Below, piece by piece: positions 36,008 to 50,360 of a stretch of 64,000 nt of DNA. Made by a program: the position numbers and the translations under genes. The stretch's first letter is position 1; every line of letters begins with the position of its first letter. The notes under the pieces were generated by a model. That model did not search any database and was not told the origin of the DNA. It saw only the letters and a list, made by a program, of their open reading frames with translations. The stretch lies in NCBI RefSeq assembly GCF_009914755.1, contig NC_060925.1; one strand, 5' to 3'. Source of the stretch: the human T2T-CHM13v2.0 reference genome, Homo sapiens.

Positions 36008-38698
36008 TCATTAAATTACATTTTAATTTCTCTGATGCCTCCTTGATTAGCTTAATAATCAACCTTCTGAGTTCTTTTTCTGGCAATTCAGGGATTTCTT
36101 CTTGGTTTGGATCCATTGCTCATGAGCTACTGTTATCTTTTGGGAGTGTTAAAGAACCTTGTTTTGTCAGGTTAGCAGAATTGTTTTTCTGGTTCCTTCT
36201 CATTTGGATAGACTATGTCAGAGGGAAGATCTGGGGCTCAAGGGCTGCTGTTCACATTCTTCTGTCCCACAGGGTGCTCCCTTGATGTAGTACTCTCCCC
36301 CTTTTCCTAGGGATGTGGCTTCCTGAGAGCCAAATGGTAGTGATTGTTATTTCTTTTGTGTCTAGCCACCCAGAGGAGCTACCAGGTTCCACGTTGGTAC
36401 CCGGGGGTGTCTGCACAGAGTTCTGTGATGTGAGCTGTTTTCAGGTCTCTCAGCTGAGGATAGCAGCACCTGCACTGGTGGAGGTGGTAGGGGAGTGAAA
36501 TGAACTCTGTGAGGGTCCTTAGTTATAGTTTTGTTTATTGTACTAGTTTTATGCTGGTTGGCCTCCTGCCAGGAGGTGGCACTTTCAAGAGAGCATCAGC
36601 TGTGGTAGTATATGGGAGGATCACATGGTGAGCAGGGGCCCTAGAGCTCCCAAGAGAATGTGTGCTTCAGCTACTAGGGCTAGTAGAGAAAGACTGTCAG
36701 GTGAGGGCAGGGTTAGGTGTGCCTGAGCTTAGACTCTCCTTGGGCAGGGCTCACTGTGGCTGCTGTGGGGTGTGGCTCTCAGGCCAATGGAGTTATGTTC
36801 CTGGGGGGATTATGGCTACCTCTGCTGTGTCATGCAGGTCGCCAGGGAAGTGGGAGAAAGCTGGCAGTGACCGGCCTCACCCAGCTACTATACAGGCCAG
36901 TCTCACTCCCACCATGCCCCAATTTGTTTCCAGGCAGTGGGTGAGCAGAGCTGAGAACTCGCCCCAGCCTACCAGCCTCCCGGCTGTGAAGCAAGCAGGG
37001 CTTTCAGGTTGTGTACCTCTCCACCTGCCATGGCTTCTCTGCTGTGTCTGCTCTCCTGATTCACCCCCTCTGCCAAGTTCTGTCCAGGAAACTTTGTGTT
37101 CAGTTAAATTGTTATAATGTTCAGCTGGAAGTTCCCTTTTCCTTGTGGTCTTTTCCCAGTTCCCCTGGTAGCCCTCCCCAAGGACCTTTGTGAGACAAAG
37201 TCAGAAATGGCTTCCCTGGGGACCGAGAGAGCCCACAGGGCTCTTCCTGATGCTACTTCTGACCCTCTATTTTGCTCTGCTCTCTAGATTTGTCTCTGCT
37301 CCAGGTAAGGTCAAATCCTTCTCCTGTGATCTGGACCTTCAGGTTCCCCAGTGAGGGTGTGTCTTCATGGGCGATGATCTCCCTTTCACACTTTGTGCAC
37401 TCACAGCTTTTGGGCTGTCTCCCAGGGCCTGCAGGAGCAATCTGCTTCCTTCAAAGGGTCTGTGGATTCTCTTGAATTTCCTGATATGTACCTGCAATAG
37501 GTCTTGGAGCAAAAGTTCATGATGTGAGTCTCCGCACACTGCTCTGTCTGTCTGAGTGGGAGCTGCAATTTAGTCCTGCCTCCTATTCACCATTTTCCTC
37601 CAAGACTCTTATCACTTCTTATTAGGCTCCATCTCTCAACACTGTTGCATTGGAAATTAAGTTTCTAATGCATAAACCTTGGAAGACACATTTGAATAAC
37701 ATTCTGCCCCTGCTTCTTCCACCACATTTATGTCCTTCTCACAATGCAAAATACATCAGTTCCATCCCAATAGCCACGAAAGTCTTAACTTGTTTTCATA
37801 TCAACTCAAAAGTTTAAAGTCCAGAGTTTCATCTAAATTGGATACAGGTGAGACTCAAGGCACATTTCATCCTGAGGCAGATTCATGTGAGCCTATGAAA
37901 TTAACTGTGAGCTGTGAGCCTATGAAATTAACAAGTGATAGGCTTCCAAAATAAGTTATGTGCTTCCAAAACAATGCTGGGGCAGGCATAAAATATATGT
38001 TTTCATCCCAAAAGGGAGGAATTCCCAACTAAGTCTAAAACCCAACAGGGAAAACAATGTTAAGTCTTAAAGCACCAGAGTAATCTCCTTTGGCTCCATG
38101 TCCTGCATCCTGGACACACTGGGGTGGGGATTGGGCCCCCAAGGTCTCTGGTAACCAGCCTCTGGAAATTTCCTAGGCTCGGTCCACCCCGAAGCTCTCA
38201 CAGGTTGAAGTCTCATGCCTGTAGCTCTTCCAGGCTGATGTTGCAACATGGCAGTTCTACGGTTCTGGGGTCTCAGGAATGGCCCTACTCCCACAGCTCT
38301 ACTAAGAATTGCCCTCCTGGGGACTTTTTGTGATGACTCTGACCCCATATTTCTGCTTAGCATTGCCCTAACAGGGACTTTCTGAGGTGGTTCTGCCCCT
38401 GTAACAAATCTCTGCCTGGCCTCCAGGCTGTCCATAACATCCTTTGTAACCTAGGTGAAGAAAGCCATGCCCCTACTGCTCTTGTATTCTGTACATTTGT
38501 AGAATTAGCTCCATGTGGATGCTGTAAAGATTTACAGCTTGTACCTTCCAGAGCAGTGAACTCTGGGGGACACATTCAAACCATAACAATTATCAACCTT
38601 GAATTAGTTAATATGATTTATGCAGTTAGATTTTCTAAATGTTAAATAATCCTCATGTCCTCAGATAAATTATATTATTTTATATAAATATACACATA

Positions 38699-41084
38699 CA
38701 TACATACTTAATTTTATTGTGCATCACTTTATTGTGCTTCATACATGTTACACTATTTACAGATTAAGGATTTGTGGCAACCCTGTGTCAAGCAACTCTT
38801 TTGGCACCATTTTCCCAACTGTATGTGCTCACTTCATGTCTCTGTGTCACATTTTGGTAATTCTCATACTATTTCAAACTTTTTCATTTTTATTATATCT
38901 GTTATAGTGATTTATGATCAGAGATCTTTCATGTTACTATTATAATTGTTTTGGGGCATCACAAACCACACCCACAGAAGACAGCAAACTTAATAAATGT
39001 GTGTATTCTGACTGTTCCATTGACTGGCTGTTTCTGTTTTCTACCCTCTTTTTGAGCCTTCATATTGCCTGAGACACAATATTGAAATTAGGCCAATTAA
39101 CAACCTTAACAATGGCCTCTAAGTGTTCAAGTGAAAGGAAGAGTCACATGTTTCTCACTTTAAATCAAAAGGTAGAAATGATTAAGTTTAGTGAGGAAGG
39201 CATATCAAAAGCCAAGATAGGCCAAAAGTGAGGCTTCTTGTGCCAAATAGTTAGCAAATTGCGAATGCAAAGGAGAAGTTTATGAAGGAAATTAAAAGTG
39301 CTATTCCAGTGAACAAACACACAAATGATAAGAAAGCAAAACAGTCTTATTGCTGATATGGAGATAGTTTGAATGGTCTGGATAGAAGATCAAACCAGCC
39401 ACAACATTCCTTTAGGCCAAAGCCTAATCTAGAGCAAGGCCCTAACTCTCTCCAATGCTATAAATGCTGAGAGAGGCGATATAGCTGCAGAAGAAAAGTT
39501 GGAATTCAACAGAGACTGGTTCATGAGGTTTAAAGAAAAAAGTCATCTCTATAACATAAAATGCAAAGTGAAGCAGCAAGTGCTGATGTAGAAACTGTGG
39601 CAAGTTATCTAGAAGATTTAGCTAAAATAATCAATGAAGGTGGATACACTAAACAACAGATTTTCAATGTAGATGAAACAGCCTTCTATTGAAAGAAGAT
39701 GCCATCTAGGACCTTCATAGCTAAAGAGGAGAAGTCAATGACTAGCTTCGAAACTTCCAAGGGCAGGCAGATCCTTTTGTTAGGGGTTAATACAGCTGAT
39801 GGCTTTAAGTTGAAGTCAATGCTTATTTACCATTCCAAAAATTCTAGGGCCCTTATGAATTATGCTACATCTATCTACTCTGCCTGTGCCCTATAAATAT
39901 AAAAACAAAGTGTGTATGATAGTACCTTTATTTACATAATGGTTTACTGAACATTTTAAACTCACTGTTTAGAAATATTGCTCAGAAAAAAAGATTCCTG
40001 CTCATTAATAATGTACCTCATCATCCAAGAGCTCTGATGGAGATGTACAAGGAGATAAATGTTGTTTTCATGCTTGCTAATATGACATTCATTCTGTAGC
40101 CCATGCATCAAGCAGTAATTTTGATTTTCAATCTTATTATTTGAGAAATACATTTCATAAGGTTATAGCTGCCATAGATAATGATGCCCTGATGGATTTG
40201 AGCAAAGTAAATTGAAAAACTTCTGGAAAGGCTTCACCATTCTAGAAGCCATTAAGAACATTTGTGATTCACTTGAAGAGGTCTAAATACCAACATTAAT
40301 AGGAGTTTGGAAGAAGTGAATTCCAATCCTCATGGATGACTCTCAGGGGTTCAAGATTTCAATGGAGGAAGTCACTGCAGATATGGTAGAAATAACAAGA
40401 GAACTAGAATTAGAAACGGAGCCTGAAGTTGTGACCGAATTGCCGCAATCTGATGACAAAACTTGTATGGATGAGGAGTTTCTTCTTATGGATGAGCAGA
40501 GAAAGTGGTTTCTTGAAATGGAATCTATTCCTGTTGAAGATGCTGTGAACATTGTTAAAATGACAACAAAGAATTTAGGATATTCCGTAACTATAGTTGA
40601 CAAAGCAGCATTAGGGTTTGAGAGGACTGTAAATTCGAAAGAAGTTCTACTGTGGATAAAATGCTATCAAATAGCACTGCATGGTATAGGGAAGTCTTTT
40701 GTGAAAGGAAGAGTCCATCAATGGGGCAAACTTCATCGTTGTCTTATTTAAATAAATGCCCACAGCCACTCCTACCTTCATCACCCATCAACATGGCTGC
40801 CATCAACATGGAGGCAAAAAACCGTATCAGCCAAAAGATTATGACTTGGTGAAGGCTCAGATGATTATTAGCCTGTTTAAAGCAACTAAATATTTTTAAA
40901 ATTAAATATGTACATGGTTTGTTAAAACATAATGCTATTGCACACTTAACACACTATACTCTGGTGTAAACATAACTTTTATATGCACTGGGAAACTAAA
41001 AAATTTGTGTGACTCTCTTTATTGTGAATTTGCTTTATTGTGGTGGTCTGGTACTAAAGCTGAATTATCTCCAATATGTGCCTG
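38699..41084 (+). mobile_element. Full-length Tigger1 DNA transposon; transposase pseudogenised
   Basis: ~2.39 kb; degenerate TIRs catacatactt.../...tatgtgcctg flanked by TA; transposase remnants ([24 protein letters not shown]). Confidence 0.92.
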
Positions 41085-41249
41085 TATTTTCCTTACACAT
41101 TTCTTGACTCAATTTGCTATATTGTATTTAGATTTTTTTTTTTGTGGATATATATCTGCAATTTTTAAAAACATATTTTCTATGTTGAGTGTAGGTAGCC
41201 TAATACTAATCTCATAACATAAATTGTGGAGCTTTCATTCTTAAATAAA

Positions 41250-41730
41250 TATAAGAAAAAAATTGATCAAAATAGAAAAAAGCAAAATTAAATCAAAATA
41301 GGACAAAAATCCTGTGGCACATAAAAAATGTAATATACAACTGTAAAAGCAGGCTACATATAGCAATAATTACACTAATATAAAAGAATTAAACTCATTT
41401 GTTGAAAGAGATATAACTTCTTTACAAAATGAACACCTTCAATATAGTGACACAAAAAGTTTAAAAGCAAAAAGATAGAAAAAGATATACTAGGAAAACC
41501 ATAACCAAATTAAAGCTGGTATAGCAATTAATATTGATTAAACAAAATGGACATTAAAACAGGTGCTACTGGGGGACCATGAGCATTATTACAGAATAAT
41601 AAAAGTAATAACAATTTATAAGAAAATATAACAATCCAGAACCTGTATGTGTATAACAATATAGTATCAAACTAGATAAAGTGAAAATTAGGATAATTAT
41701 AAAAATAAATGAACAAGCACACACACAATG
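41250..41730 (+). mobile_element. Ancient L1M ORF2 endonuclease-region remnant
   Basis: A-rich; aaagatagaaaaagatatac...aaagctggtatagcaat. Confidence 0.55.
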
Positions 41731-42399
41731 GTAAGCAAACAAAGCAACTTGATACTACTGAGCTGTTGAGCACAACTGTCTGGAAGCTACACTTTCTCTA
41801 GAGCTCTAATTAATAGAGATAATACATTTCCTAATTTCAAAGCCCATTTGAATTAAAGTTTTGATACCTGCAGTCAAGTATCTTAACTGATGCACAGTGC
41901 TGTGGGTCCTACAAACTCAAGTAGTTCAGGTTTTAATATCTAGATGACTCTTTGTCCTTGCCATCCAGAGTTTGAGATAAAGACTAAACTTTCTTTTTTT
42001 GCATTTTTATCATTTTATTTGATTTTCTAGAGTTGTAATCTTATCCCTAAATCACAGATGAAAAAAATGAGGTTAAAAAGTTATGAAGGACCAAGGCTTA
42101 TATATTGGAATGTGATTCTTTGTTGCTATGCAATTGTGAGTTATAGCATGAATTATTTAGCCTTTTCTCTGACCATTTTATTTAATAATTTTTTTTGTTA
42201 AAAAAATGGCATTGCAGTGTAGACCTTGGAATAAATACCATTGAGAGGAGGAAATAACCAAAAATATCCATAGGGAAAATGACTGTTCTTCAGAATACAA
42301 AGTCTAAGCTCAACCCTATAAATGATTTTTATTCTCAAGTTGTATATTCTTAGTACTTGTACAGCAGATGTCTGACTCACTTTGCTATACCGTTAGCAG

Positions 42400-42620
42400 T
42401 TGTACTAGTTATCTACTGTCATGTAACAAATTACCTCAACATTTAGCAGTTTAAAACAGCAAACCTTATTTCACAATTTCTTTGGGTGAGGAATCCAGAT
42501 GCATCTTAGTTGGGTCTGCTGGGTCAGGTTCTCTTGTTGGGCTACAAGGAATGTGTCTGGTGGGACTGCAGTCATCCCAAGACTCCACAAGGGGGAAAGT
42601 TGACATGTAGGCTCCCTCAC
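42400..42620. mobile_element. MLT1-type LTR remnant
   Basis: tgtactagttatctactgtcatgtaacaaattacc...tttaaaacagc. Confidence 0.6.
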
Positions 42621-43519
42621 ATGGCTATAGACAGAGCTCAGATTGATAAAGACCAAACTTTCTAACTACTTCTCTAGACTAGAGGTATGGGAGTGAAATG
42701 GGATCTTTCTGGTTCTCTCTACATGGACATAGAAACCCTTAAAGCTTCTTACATTTACAGGTCTTGGCTTCATTTCCCTATTTTGGCTGACCCCGTCCCG
42801 GAGATGGCCTTAGGTTTCCATGTCCCAGCCCCTTGAGCTCACATCTAGGTACAGTGCCCTCGTAGTCCTTCTCTGTGGGCCTATTTGGAGTGTACCGCTT
42901 TGGCTCTGAATTTCTTCTTTGCTTTCAGTACTTAAAGACTTCACTTTCTTTCCAGCCTGGCTATGTGTGTAAATGTTTTTCTTGGTTATATATTTATATG
43001 GCATTTTTATGTAGAGGCCTCAGGGAGGCAGGCTTAAGCCCGTCTGCCTTGTTGCCAGATCTGTCTCATGGTTTCCATTTTTATAGACTGGGGAACTGAG
43101 GTGTTGAGACCTCAGTCTTGCAGTCTTGCTCTAGGGAGCCAGAAGTCACCCAAGCATTTACTAGTAAGTGAGTCTAGAATACAGTTTTCACTTTCGTACT
43201 CAGTGCATATTCCACTGAGTACAGACTGAGGAGGTAGTATTATTAATAACATTAGTAATAATTAATATTATTACTATAATATCACTTATTAATAAGTGAT
43301 ATTATTAATAAGTTAAACACAGGCATGTACCAGAAACAATGCTGTGAACAAAATGGTGCCCAACTCCAGGCATGATGAACAATAGCTTGTACATGATGAA
43401 CATAATAAGTGTATGGGAGAGTAGCTTACATTCATTTGCCTTAGAGCCTCAAGGGCAGCTATCATTCTTTATCAAAAGAAACAAAGTGTTGTGCATGACC
43501 AAATTGTCTTAGGTCAGTT

Positions 43520-44230
43520 ACCAATAGTCATATGAGGCTTGAGGTGTTAATTGGACATTCAAGGGGAGATGTCTAGTAGTCAGCTGGTTGGTGCATGTAG
43601 ATAAGAAAGATAAAAGGGCTAAGGACAGATCCCTGGGGCTGTGCAACATGCACAAATTGAGGAGACAAAGAGGAACTAGCAAATGAGACTGAGAAGAAGT
43701 GACTAGTGAGGTAGAAGGAAAACAGAGAATGGTATCCAAAAAGCAAAGTGAGGAAAGAGGGAGGGAGTAATCAACAATATTAAATGCTGCTGATAGATCG
43801 AGTAAGATAAGACTGAGAAGTAGCATTGGTTTTGGACAACATGGAGGTCATTAGTAATTCCGATTAGCACAGTTTTGGTGGAATGTTGGGGATATTGGCC
43901 TAATTAGGATGGGTTCAAAAGGAAAGGATGAGAGAAAGTGCAGAAAATGAGTGTGCGAAACTCTTCCAAAGTTTTGCTTTGTGATAACCATATAGCTGGA
44001 AGGAGACATGGAGTCCAGGGAACATACTTTTTTGTTAAATATGAAAGATATTACAGTGCTTCAGTATAATGATGGAAATGATCCTTTAAAGAGAAAAATA
44101 TAACGATGCAGGGGAGAATAAGATAAATTGCTAGAATGATGTCCTTCTATAAGTGAGAGGGAATGAGATACTGTGGATAAATGGAGAGGTTGGCCTTAGA
44201 TTAGGAGCGCAAATGGAATTATTGTTGTCA
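43520..44230 (-). mobile_element. L2 remnant
   Basis: ORF 43518-43826 contains LILLDLSAAFNIVD, an L2 RT motif. Confidence 0.75.
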
Positions 44231-44398
44231 ACCATTGGTTCACGAGCCAACCAGAATCAAGGAAGGGCTATGAGTTTCATTCTGCTTAGGACTATTCAAA
44301 CACCACTGACCCATGACAACAGCACTCCTGTTCCTCACCACACATATCATAATTGTCCTTTAACTCTCTGAATGCTTCGAAGACTAGCAAGATATTAA

Positions 44399-44704
<306 letters not shown>

Positions 44705-46299
44705 GTTACTTCTGTTTTAAAAAATCCCAAAAAGAAGTTAATCCACATGGGCTGGGGAGAGGATATCAGTCAAATACTGGGACTTGGCTTTAAATTCCAG
44801 CAGCTGGACACATAGAGAGTGTTTGCATACTTACCTAAAGAAAAAGGCTGGTGAGGGGTCCCTGCGCTTCTGGACAGCGGGACCCCATTCAATTATGTGA
44901 GTAGAACAAGAAGTTTAAATGTAATTCTTAAGAGTCCTTGCAAATTTCACTCCAGGATGTGACATTATTTATTGGAAATTAATTGGGTACTGGTTCTATG
45001 CCAGCGCTTGGGGAAAAATGATGAGTGGGCATTGTCTTTACATCTTCAGAACTCAGAGCCCCGTGGGAAGTCAGACACCTACTTCATGGGGCAGAGTGAG
45101 AAAAGCTTCCAGTATAGATGTGAGAAAAGGGCTAAGAAGCTCAGGGGAAGCAACTGTAGGACTTGGAGTTAATGGTGGAGGGGTGACAACCTCTACTGAT
45201 TAATGAGGAGGAGAATGAAGAAGGCATGGCTTGTGCTGGCTTGGCAGTAAGAATGCCCAAGCCAGCAGCTTCAAGGCTAATTAAGTGAAAAATGATGCAA
45301 TAGATTTGTTTGCTTCCAGCCAAGTGGAACTTGGTCAATGTGAAAAACCAACGAGTTTTAAATTTCTCCACTTTGAGCCTAGTAGATGATTTCTGTGCTT
45401 TGAGCCTACTAGATGATTTCAGCCTCTTCCTCCAAACATGCACTCTGATGTTGAAATGTTATATTATTTAAATATTTAAAATGCATAGCTGCAACTAGGC
45501 AAATGAGACTGCACCACCCACAATAAAGTATGATGGTCACCCTTGGGTGTGTGGAAGTAGAGGGGGAGGTGGGGGCGTTGAAAGGGTGACAGAAAATAGC
45601 ACGGTTGAATCTGTTTAGGTAGGTCATTCTAGTTGTGCCAAAGGGGATAAATTGCAATGAGTAAAACAAGAAGCCAGGGGCCTAAGAGGAGGCCACAGTG
45701 CTTGTTCAGGCAAGAACTGGGGATGGAGGTGGTAAAGTAGAGGAAGAAACATTTCCAGGAAGTAGACAGGACCTGGGATCCTATTTCACTCATGACAAAT
45801 CTGCAGCACAAAAATTGATGACAGTTGTTTCATAATGAGGTTCAGACCTCAAACTCAAGCAGTTTACTGAGTTTGCTGAATTCAAACAGTTTCCTACCAA
45901 ATCCTGCATTTTAATTTAATTTTAACAAAAACCTTAAAAATGGCAATAATCTGCTAAGCCCCATGTATGTTTGGTTTTGGGGTTACAAAGAGGAAGAAGG
46001 CATAGATCTACCTCTGAGGATCCTCAGTCTCATCTGGTCTAGTGGGGACAGATACATGAACCATGATCACAGTAGTGTAGGAGAAACGTGGCTATGTTAT
46101 GCATAATATGTTGTGGGTGCAAAGAGGACAGCCCAGGCCTAAACTTCCCAGTGGAGTCAAGGAAGGATTTCATAATTTCAAAGGATGAGTAGTAGCTTTC
46201 TAAATGATGGATCGGGGCAAGAAGGGGATCTTAGACAAAGGGAAAAGTATGGGCAAAGGCACGGAGATGTGGCAGTGTGTATCATGACCAGAGGCATGT

Positions 46300-46520
46300 G
46301 GCATAATGGTAGACAGTGGGGACTGGAGTTAGATTGTGTTTAAATTCTGGATCTTTCAATTCTATGACCTTGTGCAAGTTATTTAACTTCCTGTGGCTCA
46401 GTTTCCTCATCTGTTGAATGTTGTTATTAATACATAGGGCTATTATGAGGGTTAATAATACTACCTGTAAATTACTTAGAACAGTTCCTGGTATGTTGTA
46501 AATTCTCAATGAATGCTAGC
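46300..46520 (+). mobile_element. MIR
   Basis: tgaccttgtgcaagttatttaacttcctgtggctcagtttcctcatctgt core. Confidence 0.8.
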
Positions 46521-47479
46521 AGTTATTATTTGAAAACATATTTGGGAGTTAAAGAAAGAGGGATGCGGAAGACTGGAGGGTGTAGCTATTTGCTGTTACT
46601 GCTTTTTCTTTAGAATATTAATGGGTGTCAAATACCACAGAAGAGAGGGCTCCTAGGACCAGACAATGCTTTAGTAAAAAAGAGACATTAAATTTTTTAG
46701 GACTTGGAGGAAGAAATTTGAACTCCAAAACAAATGGTGAAACCTGGTCTTTAGTCCGGGGCGTTTCAGTCCATCCTCTGGAGCAAATCGACTAATTACA
46801 CATTGCCACGGTTCAACAGCTGGATTCAAACAACATATTCCTCTGTGAAGCCATTCCTCACTCTCACTGATTTTAAGGACAAGGCTTGTCTAATAAATTG
46901 GAAGAAATAATAAAACATGAGCCCCCAGTGTGGCCTCTTCCTGGGTACAGAACAGTGCATTGGGTTTCATTGAGCCTCCCTTTCAATCTGTGCAAACTAA
47001 TGGTTCCCCTTTATTCCCCAAGTTATACTTAACAACAATTGTGTTGGGGAAATGCTGGTCTAGTTGAGACCCCCAGGCCTCCAGTAAAGGAAAGAACTGA
47101 AAAGTGCTGAGATTATTTACTCATTTGACTTGTACAACAGTTTCTCTTTGGGGCATTTTGTTAGTCAAGTTTCTGAATCAATAATTTCTGCTTTTGGGGG
47201 GATAAGAGGATGACCATTGTGGAACTTCTCTTTGTATTTATATTAAGAGGCATCAATGACTAATGAAAGTGCATTTTTTTTCCTCCCATCACCTCTACTT
47301 TCCCATTCTAGACCCATCAATGTTGGCCAAATCTCACTAGAGTTTCTTAGTTGGTGAGAAGCATTCACCACACTCTGTCTCTACTGGGTCTCTGGGGACT
47401 GGAAACAAAACAATGAATTGAAGAAGCATAAAATAAATGTGTTAAACACCTTCTCTGTGCTGTGTTCCCAGCTAGGCAC

Positions 47480-47750
47480 TGTGAGAAATAATAGTAGCTA
47501 CCAATGTATTGAGTGTTTGCATATGTGTGCATGTGTGTACATGCCAGCCTCTAAGCACTTTACATTCATATTCTCATTTAATCTTCACAAGTCTGTGAGG
47601 TAGGAATTGTTATGTCCAATTTACTGATGAGGAGGCTGAAAGTCAGAATTTAAATAATGTATTCAAGGTCATTATTTAGGCAGACGCAGTATTAGGACTT
47701 GAACACAAGTCTTGCATATTCCAAAGGCCTCTTCCTTAACCACTGTGATA
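47480..47750 (-). mobile_element. MIR
   Basis: tctcatttaatcttcac...gatgaggaggctgaaagtcag. Confidence 0.7.
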
Positions 47751-47859
47751 CCCTGCCACCCTGATGCTAAAGAAGCACAGGCTTGGTCCTTGTCTACCTG
47801 GGAGACATTGTGTTAGTTTTTATTGACTCTTATAGGAAAAACCTCCAGGGGTTAACATT

Positions 47860-48370
47860 GGCCAGAACCTTGATCTTGGACTTTTAGCCTTCAGACTGTG
47901 AGAAAGTCAATTTCTGTTGTTTAAATCACCCAGTTTATGGCATTTTGTTATGGCAGCCTGAGCAGACTAACACAGATTTTGGTACTGGGAGTGGGGTTAA
48001 ATGAGACTGTCCAGAGCCTTGGGGCAGGACCTCCCTGCAGAGCCATGGGTAGGACCACTGTCTAGGAATATAGGGGTGATGCTGCTACCCCACTGGGCCT
48101 GAAGCACAGAGCATTCAGCCAAAGAGGATTTTCTCAAGCCTCAAGATTAAATGGTATTTGCCCTGCTAGGTTTTGGACTTGTTTGGGACCAGCCACTCCT
48201 TCTTTCTTTCCTACTTCTCCCTTTTGGAATGGAAATGTCTATCTTAAGCCTGTCCCATCATTGTATTTTGGAAGCCCATAACTTGTCTAGTTTTACACGT
48301 TCACAGCTAGAGAGGAATTTTGCCTCAGGATGAATTGCCTTCAGTCTCACCCATACCTGACTTAGATTCT
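47860..48370 (+). mobile_element. MaLR (MLT1) LTR end plus internal fragment
   Basis: accttgatcttggacttttagcc...ttgttatggcagcctgagcagactaacaca. Confidence 0.7.
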
Positions 48371-49079
48371 GGCTGTATAGATAGTGTCAGGGACTGGGGT
48401 GTGGTTTAGAAACATATGCAGTAGAATAAAACAAGAACTGACAGGCCTGCTGCTCAGGGCAGATGACGGAGAAAGACAGATGGACTCGTGGGAGCATTTG
48501 CATAGACTGATGTAGATTTCTCCTGATTTAATTGTCACAAAACAATAAAAGGCAGGAAGTAGTAGTTACCCATGTTACGGACAGTGAAGCTGATGTCTTT
48601 GGAGAGGTGAAGGGACTTTGCAAGGGTTGGGAAGGGACATGGACACCCGATCCAGTGCTTATCCCCTGAGTATCCTGGCTGCTCAACACTTACGTAGCAA
48701 GTGAGAATGCTTAGGAGATGGGGAAGAATGTGTGTAGCAAGAGAATTGTTCACCTGATTGAGGTGGCTTTAATCTGGAATTCAGGGATAAGGAGAAAAAT
48801 ATCAGACTACCAACTATTAACTGCAGAGGACAAGGAGTGTGACATTGAAATAAGAATAGTGGAAGTGTCATTATTCTAAGGAGGAGGAAACAAAGTGTGA
48901 TAAAAACAGTACCTATAGCTTCAGACTTGGGTCTAGTATTGTGCAAGATATGGAGGATAAATAAAGAAATGTCAACATTTTAATACAAAGTAATATGACA
49001 GAATGATTTCTGAGAATACATCAGCACAAAGAACTTGGATGAGGAAGCAAAATTGTGGGGTGGAGGCAGGAGGATACCT

Positions 49080-50360
49080 AGGGGATCAAAGTAACCATAC
49101 GCAGGGGTCCAGATGAGCTCAGATATTTAAAGACCATGTATGAGAGATGGAAAGATGGCCAAATAACCAGGGAAACAAGAGAGGTACAGATGTACAAAAA
49201 TAGTATCAGAATGGGTAAAGCCTAGGATGAGCTGCAGCTTGCAAAATTGTTATGAATGGAAAGAAAAATTTTTTTGAAGTTACTTTTGAAATCAGAAGTG
49301 GAAATAAGGGTTGAATGATAGGCCCACTGCTTGGGGCAGATGGGATCATGTTAACAGGTGACAGAGTGGGCAGTGTTATTTTGCCTCTGTATTCTCTATC
49401 AAGATGATAGAGAATCTATCCTTAAAACCAAAAAGAGCAGAACAAACATGATTAAGAGTGAATTGAAAACTAAAACAGGTGAGGCGACAGTACAGCATGG
49501 TTCTGAATGAGCTCAAACCCAGATGAATTACTTCCAAGGGAGCTGGAACTCAGAAACACTGTCCTGAACTCAAGAATGATGGAGAATGCAGAGGCCACAC
49601 TACTGTGTGCCTCCCATCCTCCTGAAAGGGAAAAGGATTAGGTCTCAAGACCTGATATCGACACTTGACAAGACTCCAGAGCCTATTGTTAAGTAGAAGT
49701 TGGCTTAGCAGAGGGAATGGTGTTCCCTTGGAACTGGCATGAGTTCATTAAAAACAGGTGAGGGAGGTCAGGAGATCGAGACCATCCTGGCTAACATGAT
49801 GAAACTCCATCTCTACTAAAAATACAAAAAATGAGCCAGGCATGGTGGTACGCGCCTGTAGTCTCAGCTACTCGGGAGGCTGAGGCAGGAGAATCACTTG
49901 ACCTGGAAGGCAGAGGTTACAGTGAGCTGAGATCATGCCACTGCACTCCAGCCTGGGTGACAGAACAAGACTCTGTCTCAAAACAAACAAACAAACAACA
50001 ACAACAACAACAACAAAAACCAGGTGAGGCAAGTGGAGGAACCCACACTCTTTTTGTGAGGAGGAACTAGGTTAGCAAATGAGACAAATGACGTAGCCAA
50101 GATGTTGATGTGGTTCCTCAGAATGTACCTGTGGAGGTGAAGAAATGTGGCCTGCAAGATATCTCTAGAAGGAAGGGAGTTGAGTGCCCATTTCTGATGT
50201 GTCTTGGTAAACAACCTGAGAGCTGTGGTCTCTGAGGAGGCTCCATCTTCTCAATCGGCTTTCTGAGCAAGTGGAGATAGAAGATAAAAGAGTAAGCATG
50301 TGAGAGCCAAAATATCACCTTTATTACTGATAAAGGCTAAGCTGGAGGACTTAGCATAGT
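49080..50360 (+). mobile_element. CR1/L3 LINE ORF2 remnant, split by an Alu
   Basis: gggtaaagcctaggatgagctgcagcttgc, ataggcccactgcttgg and ataaaggctaagctggagg resemble CR1 ORF2. Confidence 0.5.
49762..50018 (+). mobile_element. 5'-truncated Alu (AluSc-like) with (CAA)n tail
   Basis: TSD aaaa(a/c)caggtgagg. Confidence 0.9.

Noticed and set aside
39699-40751. Tigger transposase ORFs as a domesticated gene
   Set aside because: Multiple stops and frameshifts interrupt the DDE region.
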